Assembly (NCBI GenBank): GCA_013265495.1
Contig: MU057487.1
Span: forward strand, 124,001-188,000
Origin: Vicugna vicugna
Taxonomy: Eukaryota
Reading direction: 5' to 3'
DNA length: 64,000 nucleotides
Under the pieces are notes generated by a model. That model saw nothing but the letters and a program-made list of their open reading frames with translations. It was not told the origin of the DNA and did not search any database. The translations under genes were made by a program, and so were the position numbers. Below are positions 12,641-24,320 of this stretch, in pieces. Numbering within the stretch: position 1 is the first letter of the stretch; every line of letters starts with the position of its first letter.

Positions 12641-13852
12641 CTTTCTGCAGGAAAAGAATCCTCAGAAAATACATCACCTCAAAGGTCAATACTCGTGGGC
12701 AAGGACAAAAAGGGGCCATGCTCTGAGTGTCCCATCCCAAATGGCAAAGACATCAAATCATGTAGAAAATGAAAATACACACATAGCCACATATATACAG
12801 CAAGTATGAAACTTTCTGCCACCAGAATTCTCTTTTGGAAAAAAAAGATCATGAAATAATGAGTGTGTTCATTTACTGCTCAAAGCTCCAGGAGAACACA
12901 GAAGTAGATGCAGAATTCTGAAAAACTGGAGCAAAGAGTAAAAATTAGAGAAATCCTAAGGGTGGTTAAAAAAAAAAAAAGAAGGAAGTAGCCAGAAATT
13001 CGAACCCTGTGTGGCCAATGTGAAGTTTATCAAATTTTCTTGTACCTTATAAAATCAGTTTCATAAAATGAAAAAACACCTTCGATCAAAGATTTCTATT
13101 GGACAGTGCCTCAAACAGAAGCTGGGCAAAAGATATCACAGGAGGAAAGTGGTGGAGCCAGGATTTGTTCTCAGGTCTGCTTCAATCTCCAGCTCTAGCT
13201 TCCCATCTGCAGCACTCCCCTGTACTGTACTAAACCCAGAGTCCTCACCAATGTCAAACCCTGAAGCCCTCATTTCACTTCAGCCTAATACATTTCCATA
13301 TCCATCCATTTATGTTCTCTAACCCCAAACACTCCACTGGTTCCTTACTAGCAGCAGTAGTTATACTTTTCTCATGTCTCCTTTTTTAAGTTGTACCTGA
13401 AACAATCAAGTTCAAAGAAGGAAACTGCTAATGGACAGAAACTGCCAATTACAAGCAATAAAAAAAACCTTCTCCTTGCTTCCTCCACTGTCCAATGTTT
13501 CAGATGGAGCCCAAATTAGAGGCTGGTTAACACAAACTCAAGCAAAGGGAGTTGTTACAGAAGTGAATGGGTGCAGGACCCCTCAACTGAAGAAACGGAG
13601 GTGGCCTCTGCCATGTGATATTAGAATCTAGTTCTAGGATATCTGTAGTAAACATGTGATTATGACAAACAATTCTAACTATCCTTGCTTTTTATTAATT
13701 ATCATTATAAAAAAAGTTTGTGATTATACACTGAGTTAGTAAGCTTTAAGGATGGACAATTTCTCAACAAGATTAATTTTATTAATTCAGCAACATTACT
13801 TAGTGCCTATTACATGTCAAATAAGGGGTTGATGCAATTGAATTAAACCAAC

Positions 13853-15883
13853 CTTTTCTTTTATCTGCCATGACGAATTTCCTTCTGGATACTTCTTTTT
13901 CTCCCACTGCAGTATGACCATTCCACGAGACTGAAGAAGACTGCCACACACATCCCTCATTAACTTGGACACACAAGAGAGCTGGCATAAACTGAAACCA
14001 TCAAGAAAGCCTGCAATATGTTGCAAGACCTCAAAAGGAAGACTACTTAGATGGTCACTATGTAATCCCAACACACAGTTTCTAGCAGGCTCTACTAATA
14101 CTGTAGATACAGATGGCTGAACTCCAAATGACCTCAAATGGCGGTCATGTATAATCTTTGCTCCTTGTGTTGATGGACAAAATCTACGCTGAGAATAGGT
14201 ACAACCATAATATGCTAAGGGACACCTCTGTTCCATCCAGCCATTGAGTCCAGCATGAATGTCACCATGCACATTCTTAAAATGTGAAGAAAATTCTTTT
14301 CTTCTAAATAACTGTCCACAAACAAATGTAAACATTGAACGTTGCTTGGGTTGGTACCTAGCGACACATTCCAATACTAAATCCAGCCCAAGTGTCTGAA
14401 AAGGACTTGGATTTGAAAGCTGTGGGTTGGCATGATCACAAGCTGAAGCTGAAGCTATCTCCCCAACCATTGTATTTGTCGCTAATATTGCCGATGGAAG
14501 AGAAAAAGTCTGAGTCCCAAAGTCAATGTGATAAACATCAACCATGCGACTATCAGATATACCCCTCCCACCCGGAGAATCTCCCAGACAAAACAGTAGC
14601 GCTGCTGTGATTAGATCTATTCCTTGGAGGCCCATTGGATCTTCTGCAACTTCCAAATCTGATGTATCTACTGCTTTATCTTCCTTTGGTTTAGACCAAC
14701 ATGAATTAGAAAGAAATTTGAATGGAGGAGGGTGACTGAAAGATAAGACATCCACATTCCTCAGGTCCCCTAAGTCTACTTTTCTCCGACACAAATCTCC
14801 TTCATCGTCATCTGCCATGAGGATATGCTGAACTGTGCCATTAGGCAAAGCATTAGATGGTATTACTTCCCTAAGTTGTGCTGCTACTGCAAGTGAACTA
14901 GAAGGTTCTAAAGTACCATCAGATGCTACACATTCTCCATTTGTTAAGTTATTTTGTTTGGAGTCATCATGTAAATTCTGGTCTATGACCTCTGTACATA
15001 TATTTTCCAAGGGAAAGCCATTACAAAGAGCAGGAGTGCCATAAGAACTGGCATCCAAGTCACATAAAAAATCACTTGAACCATTTTGTTCAAATTGGGC
15101 ATTCTGACTGGTGCCGTTATGGTCAACTCCACCTACTGCTCCTATCTCATCCTCATAAAGACGGTCCTGATCTTTTAAGTTTCTATTCTGTAAGTTTTCG
15201 CTGGCATTTTGTTCTTCATTCACTTCATTTGGGGAAGCACAAAGACTCGTACTTAACATGCCAATGTCTCTTGTGGCGGTATTCAGGATATCTAAAGCAG
15301 CAGCCAAACTTCTGGTTGTTTCAACAGTAGCTTGATAAAGTGCACCATAGGATTCTTCAGCAACAGACACCAAACCATTAGGATGTGGTATTTCTGGGAC
15401 ACTTGATTTAACTGAGATTTGTTCTCTAGGTTCTGATACTTTATCAGTTGCTTTTGACATCATGGTGGCTACTTTGAGAGATTCTAAGAGCATCCTTTGG
15501 TCTTGAAGGGCCAAAGCCATATCTAGTTGTGCCACTTCATCCACATCTCTGCTTAGATTTTCATACGATTTTCGGTCTGCATAACTAACTGGCCATCGGT
15601 TCCACTCCATAGTACAGCACACCACACTTGCAGGACACGTTTCTAGATGTTCAGCAACTTTATTTCGAGCCATTGTAAACGGACATCCAAAGTCACTATT
15701 CAAGCAAGGCACTCGTTCAAATGGACACAGAAGTCGATGCTCATCAGCTTTACAAGAATGGAAAACTGCTCCACAAACCAATGGACAACCAATCAAGTCA
15801 CAGGAAATGCCAGGCTCTGGTCTTGTCATACACCGTCTACTGACACAATTCACACAGTGAGAATGCTGCAGCTCCTCCTCCAT
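13853..15883 (-). CDS. FBXO30: FBXO30 coding part of exon 2 (677 codons: N-terminal Cys/His-rich TRAF-type zinc-finger region, acidic low-complexity middle, F-box near its end)
   Basis: The ORF track protein from MEEELQHSHCVNC to WQIKEK is recognisable as FBXO30, with the F-box LSSLPFEVLQHIAGFLDGFSLCQLSCVSKLMRDVC. ATG at 15883 lies in the context GCCATTATGG. The donor AAG|GTTGGT is at 13853/13852, phase 0. Confidence 0.97.
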
Positions 15884-15899
15884 AATGGCCAGTCCAGCT
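15884..15899 (-). other. FBXO30: 5'UTR portion of FBXO30 exon 2 (16 nt) after the splice acceptor
   Basis: A polypyrimidine tract and acceptor on the minus strand read cttatttcttttcatctcaataacCAG|AGCTGGACTGGCCATT-ATG. Confidence 0.88.
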
Positions 15900-16624
15900 C
15901 TGGTTATTGAGATGAAAAGAAATAAGAAGTTAGGCAAAAAGTGGTCGAATTTTAAAAACCGTTTAAGAATAAAAATCAAATCATGAAGGTATAATGGCTT
16001 ATATTAGGATGAAATATATAAAATAAACATATTTAACATGTTTATTTTACATATAATCAATTTATCTTGAAACAACTTAAGCACTTCAAGGAGCAATTCA
16101 AAAGTACATTTTTATATACCATATAACAATATGCCCAAAAGCCCTAACATTTCAAAATATAATACACTAAATATACTAAATTCTAGTATATTGTGTAATA
16201 TATAAGTGCCAAAAACAAGTTAATGCATATTTAACTTATAGATCTCAGAGAATGCTTTATTTAGCTTTTCCTGTTTTAACTACACTGATTATGATGTACC
16301 CACATTCCAGAGATCTCATCATATTCCTCAAAGAGAATAATCTGAACTTCATGAATATACTTAACTAAAACTTTATTAAAGTTATATACTTTTCTTTGTA
16401 TTCCCTCTAAATACATAAATTCATTTAAGATTTCACCTATTGATTGCTCCCTCTACATATGCCTTAATAAACTCTACAACAAATCAATAGAGTAAGCCTT
16501 AATTAAAACATACAGGGAATTTATCCAGAAAAGGCAACTTCTAGCTCCAGTTCTATAGCAGAGGGCAGATCACTTACTTCTGAGGGCCACGGTTCCCACT
16601 GGTTCATTACACACCTACTTACTG

Positions 16625-17835
16625 TTTAACTACCATGTACCAGGCACTGCGTTTGGTGTAGCAATAGAAGAGAAATAGAAATAGAAGACACAGTGAGTCT
16701 TCTTAAGGAGCTACAGCAGGAGGTCAGAGATGACAATACAATCATGTCACATTTTTGTATGATCAATATGACAGAGAAAAAAATCAGTATGGGTATGGGA
16801 TAGAAAAGAATTCGCAGTTGTCCTGAAAGATGAGAAGTCTTCAGCATTGGAGGGCAGGGTTAGAAAGGAAAGGAGGCATTTGTTGCTGAAATAACAGCAT
16901 CTGCAAATACAGAAAAGCAAGAAGGCAAAACATGTTCGGGGAACCTCAAGTTTCCTAGTATCCCTGGATCACAAGGTGTAATGCAGGTAGCTATGAGAGA
17001 TGAGGCTGGACAGGAATAAGAAGTCATGAAAAATGAGCTATATGTTACTCTAAGGAGTTCAGACTTTGAGTAGTTAGAAGTCACTGAAGATTTTAATCAG
17101 AGAAATAGCAGGGATCACAGGTAACTAATGGTCTTTCCTGTTTTTACCAAGTAAAGTTTTACACAAAAAGAAGAGAAAGCATTGGTACAATGCATTGATT
17201 TAATCACCATAGCCAAGCCTATTCAATGTCTTTTTTTCTATAATCATCAACTTCTTTATTGGTTTGTTCCTATTAGCATCAAAAGTTTACAAGACTATTT
17301 TTCCTTTAAAAACCTAAATAATAAAACAATATCCCCCTTTTGCTACATTTTTTTCCCCTATTCAGTCAAGCTTTCAAAAGAAAAACAAAAAACCAAAAAG
17401 CCCTTTTAAGTTCCCATATACTCGTCAGCCCATTAATCTGGCTTTTTTTTTTTACCACCACTCATTAAAAACACTCTACTGAGATCCTCAGTGCTAAATC
17501 CAAAGGGCATTTCTTCCAGATCTCGTCTTCCTCGGCCATTATATCATTATGTTGACTAATCCCTCCTTTTTGAACTATTATCTTTCTTCAGTTTTTATGA
17601 TCTCACATTTCCCCTGGTTTTTCCCTCTACCTCTTTGGTTATTCCTTACTCTTTTCTTCTAAAATATTACTCTTCCTCGGGGCTCCATGTCATTTCTGGC
17701 TCATTCCATACATTCTCCCAGGGTGCTCTCAATTTCTCCAAAGCCTCAATTACCACTGTATGCTGAAAACTTGCCCAAGCTTCAGATCTCTACTCGAATA
17801 TGACACAGGCAACTCACCTCGACAGTTCCCAAATT
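16625..17835. mobile_element. Two old L2 fragments in intron 1 (16625-17115 minus, 17420-17835 plus)
   Basis: Contains taccatgtaccaggcactg...gagatgaggctgga..., and tgctaaatccaaagggcatttct...gttgact..ccctccttttt. Confidence 0.55.
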
Positions 17836-18834
17836 AAATGAATAATAATTTTCTGGATAAAAAGCCGATTCGTATCCTATTTTCTTTAAGTGCAGAGAAG
17901 ACTGATTGCTAGCTCTCTCACATATTCTCTTCCATAAATTCTATCTTGGTGCCAGGTGGCTAAGGTAAACTCATTACTCCTCAAATTGCTGTATCTTTTT
18001 CTCCAGTCCAGGCTTAATTTTCCTCAAATTCAAATAACAAAATGTACCTATTATTGATAGAACTTTTGTTAAGTAGAAAAAACCTGAGTTGATACTATGG
18101 TGCTCACTGATGATGCTAGGGGGGTGGGAAAAAAACAAGGTACACATTCAACAACGAAACTAATATTTTTTAATTGTGCTTAAAAATTACAAATTATGAG
18201 TTAAATACCTCCGAATGTTTATCCCTACAAATCTTATAACTAAGGACAGAATCTGTAAAATTAAAGACAGACATGCTAAAAGGGTCAAAATAAAAGAAAT
18301 GACAGACTAACAATGATATTTGTAAATTAAGGGAAGAGAAACTTTAATAAGAATTAAGACAAATTTTACTGAGTGATTAGATTGTGAAAAACAGCTGTAA
18401 GCTTTCCTATTTTTCAGCTAGACTGAGTTCATCTCACAGGCTGAAGGTTATAAACTTGACTGTTACTAAGAGAGAAACCTAAAAATACAAGCAGTTCCAA
18501 CAGAAGTGACCAATGCTCTCAGAACTCTGTAGGAACACTTTACGTTACATGCACATCACATGATCAAACCAGGCACAACACATCTCAAAACATCACTTAA
18601 TTCAAAAGTGTTTAAAATAGCAACTGTTACAAACAACTGAGTTAAATGCAAAATAACAACTTTGAAAGGTAGAAGTAGAGGGCTTTCAAGGTTCAAAATA
18701 AATAACCTCTTCCACACTATTCCCCATCTGAGTAAAAGAAATGTTTTAAAAAATAAAAACAAAAACATCCACAGCAACAAGTCCACGATATTTATTACAT
18801 ATTGAAGTAGACTTAAGAGAAGGAAAAGGGAACA

Positions 18835-18970
18835 CTATGTACCTATTTTATCCTTCACATATAACATGTCACTTAATCCTCATAACAATCCAGAGGAAAC
18901 TGAGGTACAGAAAGGCTTAGTGACTTACCCAAGGTCATCTACCTAGTCTAGGACTGAAATCTGTATCTGA
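18835..18970 (-). mobile_element. MIR
   Basis: Contains ttaatcctcataacaa..gaggaaactgaggtacagaaagg..tgacttacccaaggtca. Confidence 0.7.
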
Positions 18971-21143
18971 TCAATGTACATGGACAATAATAGATACCTT
19001 CACTTTAAAAAGTTTAAGAAAATAAGGCAGTACTTTAGTAACTGGTGATCCAATTTTAAGATGTTATTTAAGGAATGAAGGTTACACAACTTTGCTTGTA
19101 GTTTATTCCAAAACTTAATCACCCTTGTGGTCAAGAAAGTCTTTTTGGTCCTTTCTAATTATAATAGCACATTGCTTTGAACATAAGTGTTTTAAATTAT
19201 TTTAAAAATAACTTACATTTATAGTGCTCAGTACAAATGTATGGAACAACACTACAAACCTAACCATTCCCAAAACAGCTATACAAAGAAAAAATAAAGT
19301 TTAATTCTATTTTAAAATTAAATATATTAAGAAGTAAGTTAAGAAAATGCACTAAACAATACCCAGAGTATTCTGGGGATAGAGCCCTCAGTTTCAGAAT
19401 TCAAAATTTCCAGATCCATCCTCTTTCAAGATTGCTATTATCAAATTAAATATGCCCACATCAAGTATTTCACAATCACTCATAAATCCTATGAAATGGG
19501 TTTAAAATGTCAATCCCTGATTTATCAGTTGACCAGTAACATAGCAGGCCCAGTAGAAAACATGTTGCTATGCTGAGGCTTCAAGTTCAAAATGAGCTTA
19601 ATTTAAAATTCAGTATTAAGTTAAAAAAAAAACAACTCTTGAAAAGGAATCTTAACATTCCAAGTAACATCTCTATCTACACTTAAAGTTGAATGACTGG
19701 AAAAAGTTTCATTAGCCCAGAGAATATCTGTAAATGATTAAGTGCTTTACAATAGTTTCCGTTTTGTCTAACAGAAATTCTTGGCCAACTCATACTCTGT
19801 GGCTTACAAGCAATCCATAAAAGTAGTTTTAAGACATGGCATTTTCCCGTACAATGAAATAATGCCTTGTCATTTAAGGCTATTTCTAGACATAAAGACA
19901 CTGCCCCTCAAAAAGCAACCCTTTATTTTTCCAAATTCATTAAAATACGTAAGGAGATAAATACAGCACTGCAAATTTGCACGATTTTAAAACACACTAC
20001 ATCAAGTCACCCAAATACTCAACACAGCTTGCTGCCTCAGGCTGTTCTTAACGTCTGCCTCCAAGACACACATACTCCTTTTCTTTCCCAGCAATTGCCT
20101 CAAATCTTTATTAGCTTAAATGTTACTTTTCCACATACTCAAAGGCAAGGTGTGGATCCCTTCTGTGCTCATTACACACTGCATTTTTCCTTGGTAACAC
20201 TAGTCACAATTCAGAGTGAAACCATTATGCTGTTTAATATTTATCTTCCCGGGAAAACTATAAGCTCCACAAAGGAGGCAGGACCATCTCTGTCTCATTT
20301 ATTCTTATGTTCCCTGTGTTCAAAACTATGCCTCAATCAGAGCCTCACCTGTTTAAAAAACACAAATGAAATTTTTATAAAACAAGAAATAACCAAGTGG
20401 ATTCCAAAACAATTCTTGATTTCATGGAAAACTACATACTTCACGAAAAGATAGAACCTTATAGCTCTATTATTAGTCAACCAAATTGAGTCAAAATTAC
20501 CTCACTATACCAGCTATAAAAGTCAGAAGTATTCAAACATTTATTATTCAGGTGTTCCAGGCATTATATATGGAGTAAGCTAAATTGTCCATCAAAAAGT
20601 CAAATCAAAGGGAAAATTTTTTTAATTAATTTCAATCTTCCATTGTTTCAAAATCTTAAAAAATAATAATAAAAGGCACAGAAGGAAACATTTACCTGTA
20701 TATTGTCCCACTATTTTAAGTCCTAAATCAACCCTGCAGTCTGGTTACAGGTTACTGACCATAGAGGCATCAGACTGAAGAAGAAAAGCAGAGGTGGAGG
20801 CGTCTGCACGTGTGCAGGTGTCTGCGTAGGTGCAGAGTGAGGAAAGGAAGCTCAAAAAAGGAAGTGGCAACAGCCTGCTTCCTTAATATTACAATACATT
20901 CGATAAAAAAGAATTCTACTTAATAAAATGTTGCCGAAATGGAACTATAGACAAACTTGCTCAATCAGTTAACCATTACTACAAGTAAGTCTACGAATGA
21001 AATTTCATATTCAGCAATCAGTTTTAACTCCTCCGGAGCAAGGCTCACCCTTCTTGTATACTCGGAGGCACTACTGCGTAGTGAATACAAACACGTGCTG
21101 AATGATTTACTGATCAGGTGCATCAGTTTTAAAGACCGTAATA

Positions 21144-21255
21144 GGGGGCTGGGCTATAGCTCAGTGGTAGAGCACATGCTTAGCATGCACAAGGTCCTGG
21201 GTTCAACCTCCAGGATCTCCATTAAAATGAAATTAAAATTAAAAATATATATATA
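21144..21255 (+). mobile_element. tRNA-derived SINE (camelid vic-1-like) in FBXO30 intron 1
   Basis: A box TAGCTCAGTGG, B box GGTTCAACCTCC and an A/AT tail. 14-bp TSD taaagaccgtaata (21130-21143) / taaagaccatacta (21256-21269) with 2 mismatches. Confidence 0.88.
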
Positions 21256-23599
21256 TAAAGACCATACTAAATCTATAACCACGATTTTACTGGTTTCAGA
21301 AAGGGGGGTGGGGTGATTAGGCAAAATGGAAAATGCAAGCTCATTAAACTCCCAACTCAAAGCACATACCCTACTGGTGAGTCCAAAATGTCTAAATAGG
21401 TTACACCAGTATACATTCTTTTGTTAAATTTTGGTTCTGACTTTTTATTTATAGAATGATGACCTAATTATATGGAATTTTGTTTTCACCCTTCCAGTTA
21501 TGATATAATCAAAACATACATCTTCTATTTCTAAACATGGTCATGGGTAGCTTATTCCAAACTGAAAGTTCGAACTATTTGCCATTGTTCTCCGCTAAAT
21601 AAGCAAATGCAATTACTACAGACTTACAACCAAAATTAAGTAATAAATATTAATGAATATGTAATACTCACAGCAGAACCTATTTGAGCTGATACCCAGA
21701 TAAAAATAATCCACCCAAATGGTGGAACTCAGCTTATTAAAATGGGCTGCATGGCATAGGGGAATGGGCTTTCAAGGAATCTCAGCTTTGTCATCTTGAG
21801 GCAATTACTCTACTGTGAAAACAACCTAGAACTCTACACAGGTGGGTTATAATTACGAGTGTGTCCAGTAGCATACAAACGTATTCCTCAGAAAACGGAT
21901 GTACTTTATTTCACACAATGGCCACATGTACCTGCACATACCTTTACATATAATCATTTTATACCAGGTCATTTACACTTAAAAGTAATCATATTAGGAA
22001 CTATCTAATGCTAACTCATTACCAACTCGTTAAAAAAAAAAAAAGCACCCTTTCTGTAAAAGCTTTTCACAGACTGGTTTTGAGGCATGCTTAGGTGCAT
22101 TTACCTAGCCACCTCCAGTGTAAAAACCACTAGTCCAAGGCCAATCTCACCTATTTCATTAAAATCAATTTCAAATCAAATAATATTTTATAGAGCCTTC
22201 TGACTGAAGACTTTGACATCAACAAATTCTACATATACAATGTCATTCCACAGCATGCACTAACTCCTTTTAATGAAATAAGCAGTTATGGTAATTCAGA
22301 TGATTTACCCAAAAACCATACAGAATAACATTAAGCTTATGCCATTAAAAGCCACATTTTAGTAACATATTGTATTAAATAAATAGGCACATTAAACAAT
22401 GCCTATTTTGGTGACCTTACAGTACTGTTCTAATTATATACATTATCTCAAAATATGTATTATTTTTCTTTAATAGCATATTTTTAGGAGACTGTATATT
22501 TTCTTTAAAAGTCTCCAAGGCCAAACATGCAGAAATACTGGATTGAAATTAAATACCTAGTACATTTGGAATGCGTAAGTTTACCTGTATCGGAAACTAC
22601 AGTTCTCTGATAATACTCACAAAACTCCACCCACTAACATTTCCAAAATCACAAAAAATGCTATGTCACCGCATTAACGTACCAAATAAAAACAAACTGG
22701 CGATTTAAAAAGTTAGCAAAACACCATGTTATCCCCAATTAAACTTCTGTAGTAAGAAACAGTGACTAAGCGTAAAGAAGAGTGATTCAGCGAAAACTGC
22801 ATACTGAAAAACTGAACCCTTAGAAAAATCTTACACGTACATTTTATGCTACTCTTACCCTTTTGCCGAGTCAACAATGGGACTGCTTTGGAAAAGCTTA
22901 ATAAGTATAAGCAAACGCAAAAATCTGTTAATATAATTTACTAAGTCTCTAAAGGATACAACACAGATTGAAATGTAGCAAACAAATTAAAGTTTAGAAA
23001 CCTCGGGCTTTTGGTATTTAAGGAGTTTTAAGTTAATCTAAACTATCAGAATGCCCACAAATAACTTCATCTTGGGTCAGAGCCAACAACGTAATTATGG
23101 AATAAAAGGTCAATTCCTTCCCAAGCATCTTTTATCTGAGCCTTACGACAAGGCTCAGAAAGAAAAACAAGTGACAGGGAGAAGGGAATGGAGTACTAGA
23201 ACCATGGTAAACAACACGCTGCTCCTTCTCTATTCTCTAAACACACACGTTAAAAACGTACTCAAGGGGATTTGCTGTGAATCCAGCGTGCACTCTGTGG
23301 CCCCCCTTCCAAGCAATGCACTTCCACGAGATACTTGTAAATGGTCATATCCCTCAGAGCGATAAACTCAGGAAGTTTTTCTTTAATAAGGACTGAGGCT
23401 AAGACTAAGATCCTCTCACTTCCATGAATGGAAGAGTTACCAACTTCACTCATCCCGTGGAGACAGCCGATGATGCCTCCCAATCTTCCTTTAACCCATC
23501 TGTCCCCAAAGAACGCCAAGTTTCTAAACGGCAAAAGGAAAGAGAAGCCGGGTTTTCGAGGTTCTTAAGGTTTCCTAGGTCCAACTCCTGCTTCACCCC

Positions 23600-24320
23600 T
23601 CCGCAACCCACAGACGCGAGCCCCGGTGACACAGGGGCCGGTCCTCGGCGTTTGGGTCGCCATTTGCTGACCGCCTCCCCCGCTGGCCGGCAGGAGGCTG
23701 GGCGCGGACGCCCTCTGCGCCGGGACGGCCGGCCGGCTGAGAACCTGCGGGGCCGGCGCGAGGCCGTGTTTACTCCGCCCCAGGCCCGGCCCGCAGACCC
23801 CCCGGCCGCGGGCCTCCCACCGCCCGGCCGCCGCCACCAGCCCCGGCACGGCCCGGGCCGGGCCGGCCTCCCCCGCGAGCCTCCTCGACACTCACCGGCC
23901 GGCCCGGCCGAACCGCGGCCCAGGCCCTGGCTGCCGTGGCCGCCGTACCCGGCTGCTCCGCGCTGTCCCGGCGCCGCTCCGCGCCCCGCACCCCCGTGCA
24001 GCCCGCCTCCTCCTTGCCTCTCTGCCCCGGCGGGCCGCCGCCTTTCCTCTCCACCTCCTGCTCCGGCTCCTCGGCCACCACTCCAGCCGGCCGTGCTCTC
24101 CGCGCGCCCCGCCCCGCCCAGCCCAGCTCTGCCCCGCCCACCCGGCGGCCTCGGGGCGGTGGCAAGCCTGGCGGGGGCGCGCACGCTGAGCTCGGCGGGG
24201 ACGCGCACGCCGCGCATCGACTTCCCCGCCCCTCCTCCCCGGAAGCGACGTGGCGGAGAGTCAGGTCTGGAGAATTGTCGGCTCAGCCCGTCCGGCGCCA
24301 GGTTCCCATTGTACCCCACG
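23600..24320. promoter_or_regulatory. CpG-island promoter of FBXO30 (TATA-less, probably bidirectional)
   Basis: Very GC- and CpG-rich stretch. It has GC boxes CCCCGCCCCGCCC (24107-24119) and CCCCGCCC (24132-24139), an ETS-like CCGGAAG (~24239-24245) followed by GACGTGG, GCGCACGC NRF1-like half matches, and a YY1-like CGCCATTT (~23658). Confidence 0.9.
23896..24090 (-). other. FBXO30: FBXO30 non-coding exon 1 (5' end approximate)
   Basis: Strong donor CCG|GTGAGT at 23896/23895 inside the CpG island. The GC-rich, ATG-free leader lies just downstream of GC boxes. The TSS position is inferred. Confidence 0.75.

Noticed and set aside
14392..15910. Several plus-strand ORFs antisense to exon 2
   Set aside because: Shadow ORFs of the FBXO30 coding sequence.
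15900..15979. N-terminal extension of the 720-aa ORF (MIFILKRF...)
   Set aside because: It starts at a non-ATG codon in intron 1 and runs through the polypyrimidine tract; the real start is the ATG at 15883.
16625..17835. Oppositely oriented L2 fragments as a dsRNA or circRNA-promoting pair
   Set aside because: Highly diverged and apparently from different parts of the L2 consensus; no visible complementarity.
19867..20454. 195-aa plus-strand ORF in intron 1
   Set aside because: Non-ATG start, overlaps L2-like remnant sequence, no recognisable protein features.
21144..21220. tRNA-like sequences (also at 30731, 42316 and 45840)
   Set aside because: They have A/B boxes but carry A-rich tails and TSDs and lack a proper cloverleaf, so they are SINEs rather than tRNA genes.
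24084..24086. In-frame upstream CTG that could extend FBXO30 N-terminally
   Set aside because: All frames are open in this GC-rich exon by composition, and the codon lies at the extreme predicted 5' end with a poor -3 context.
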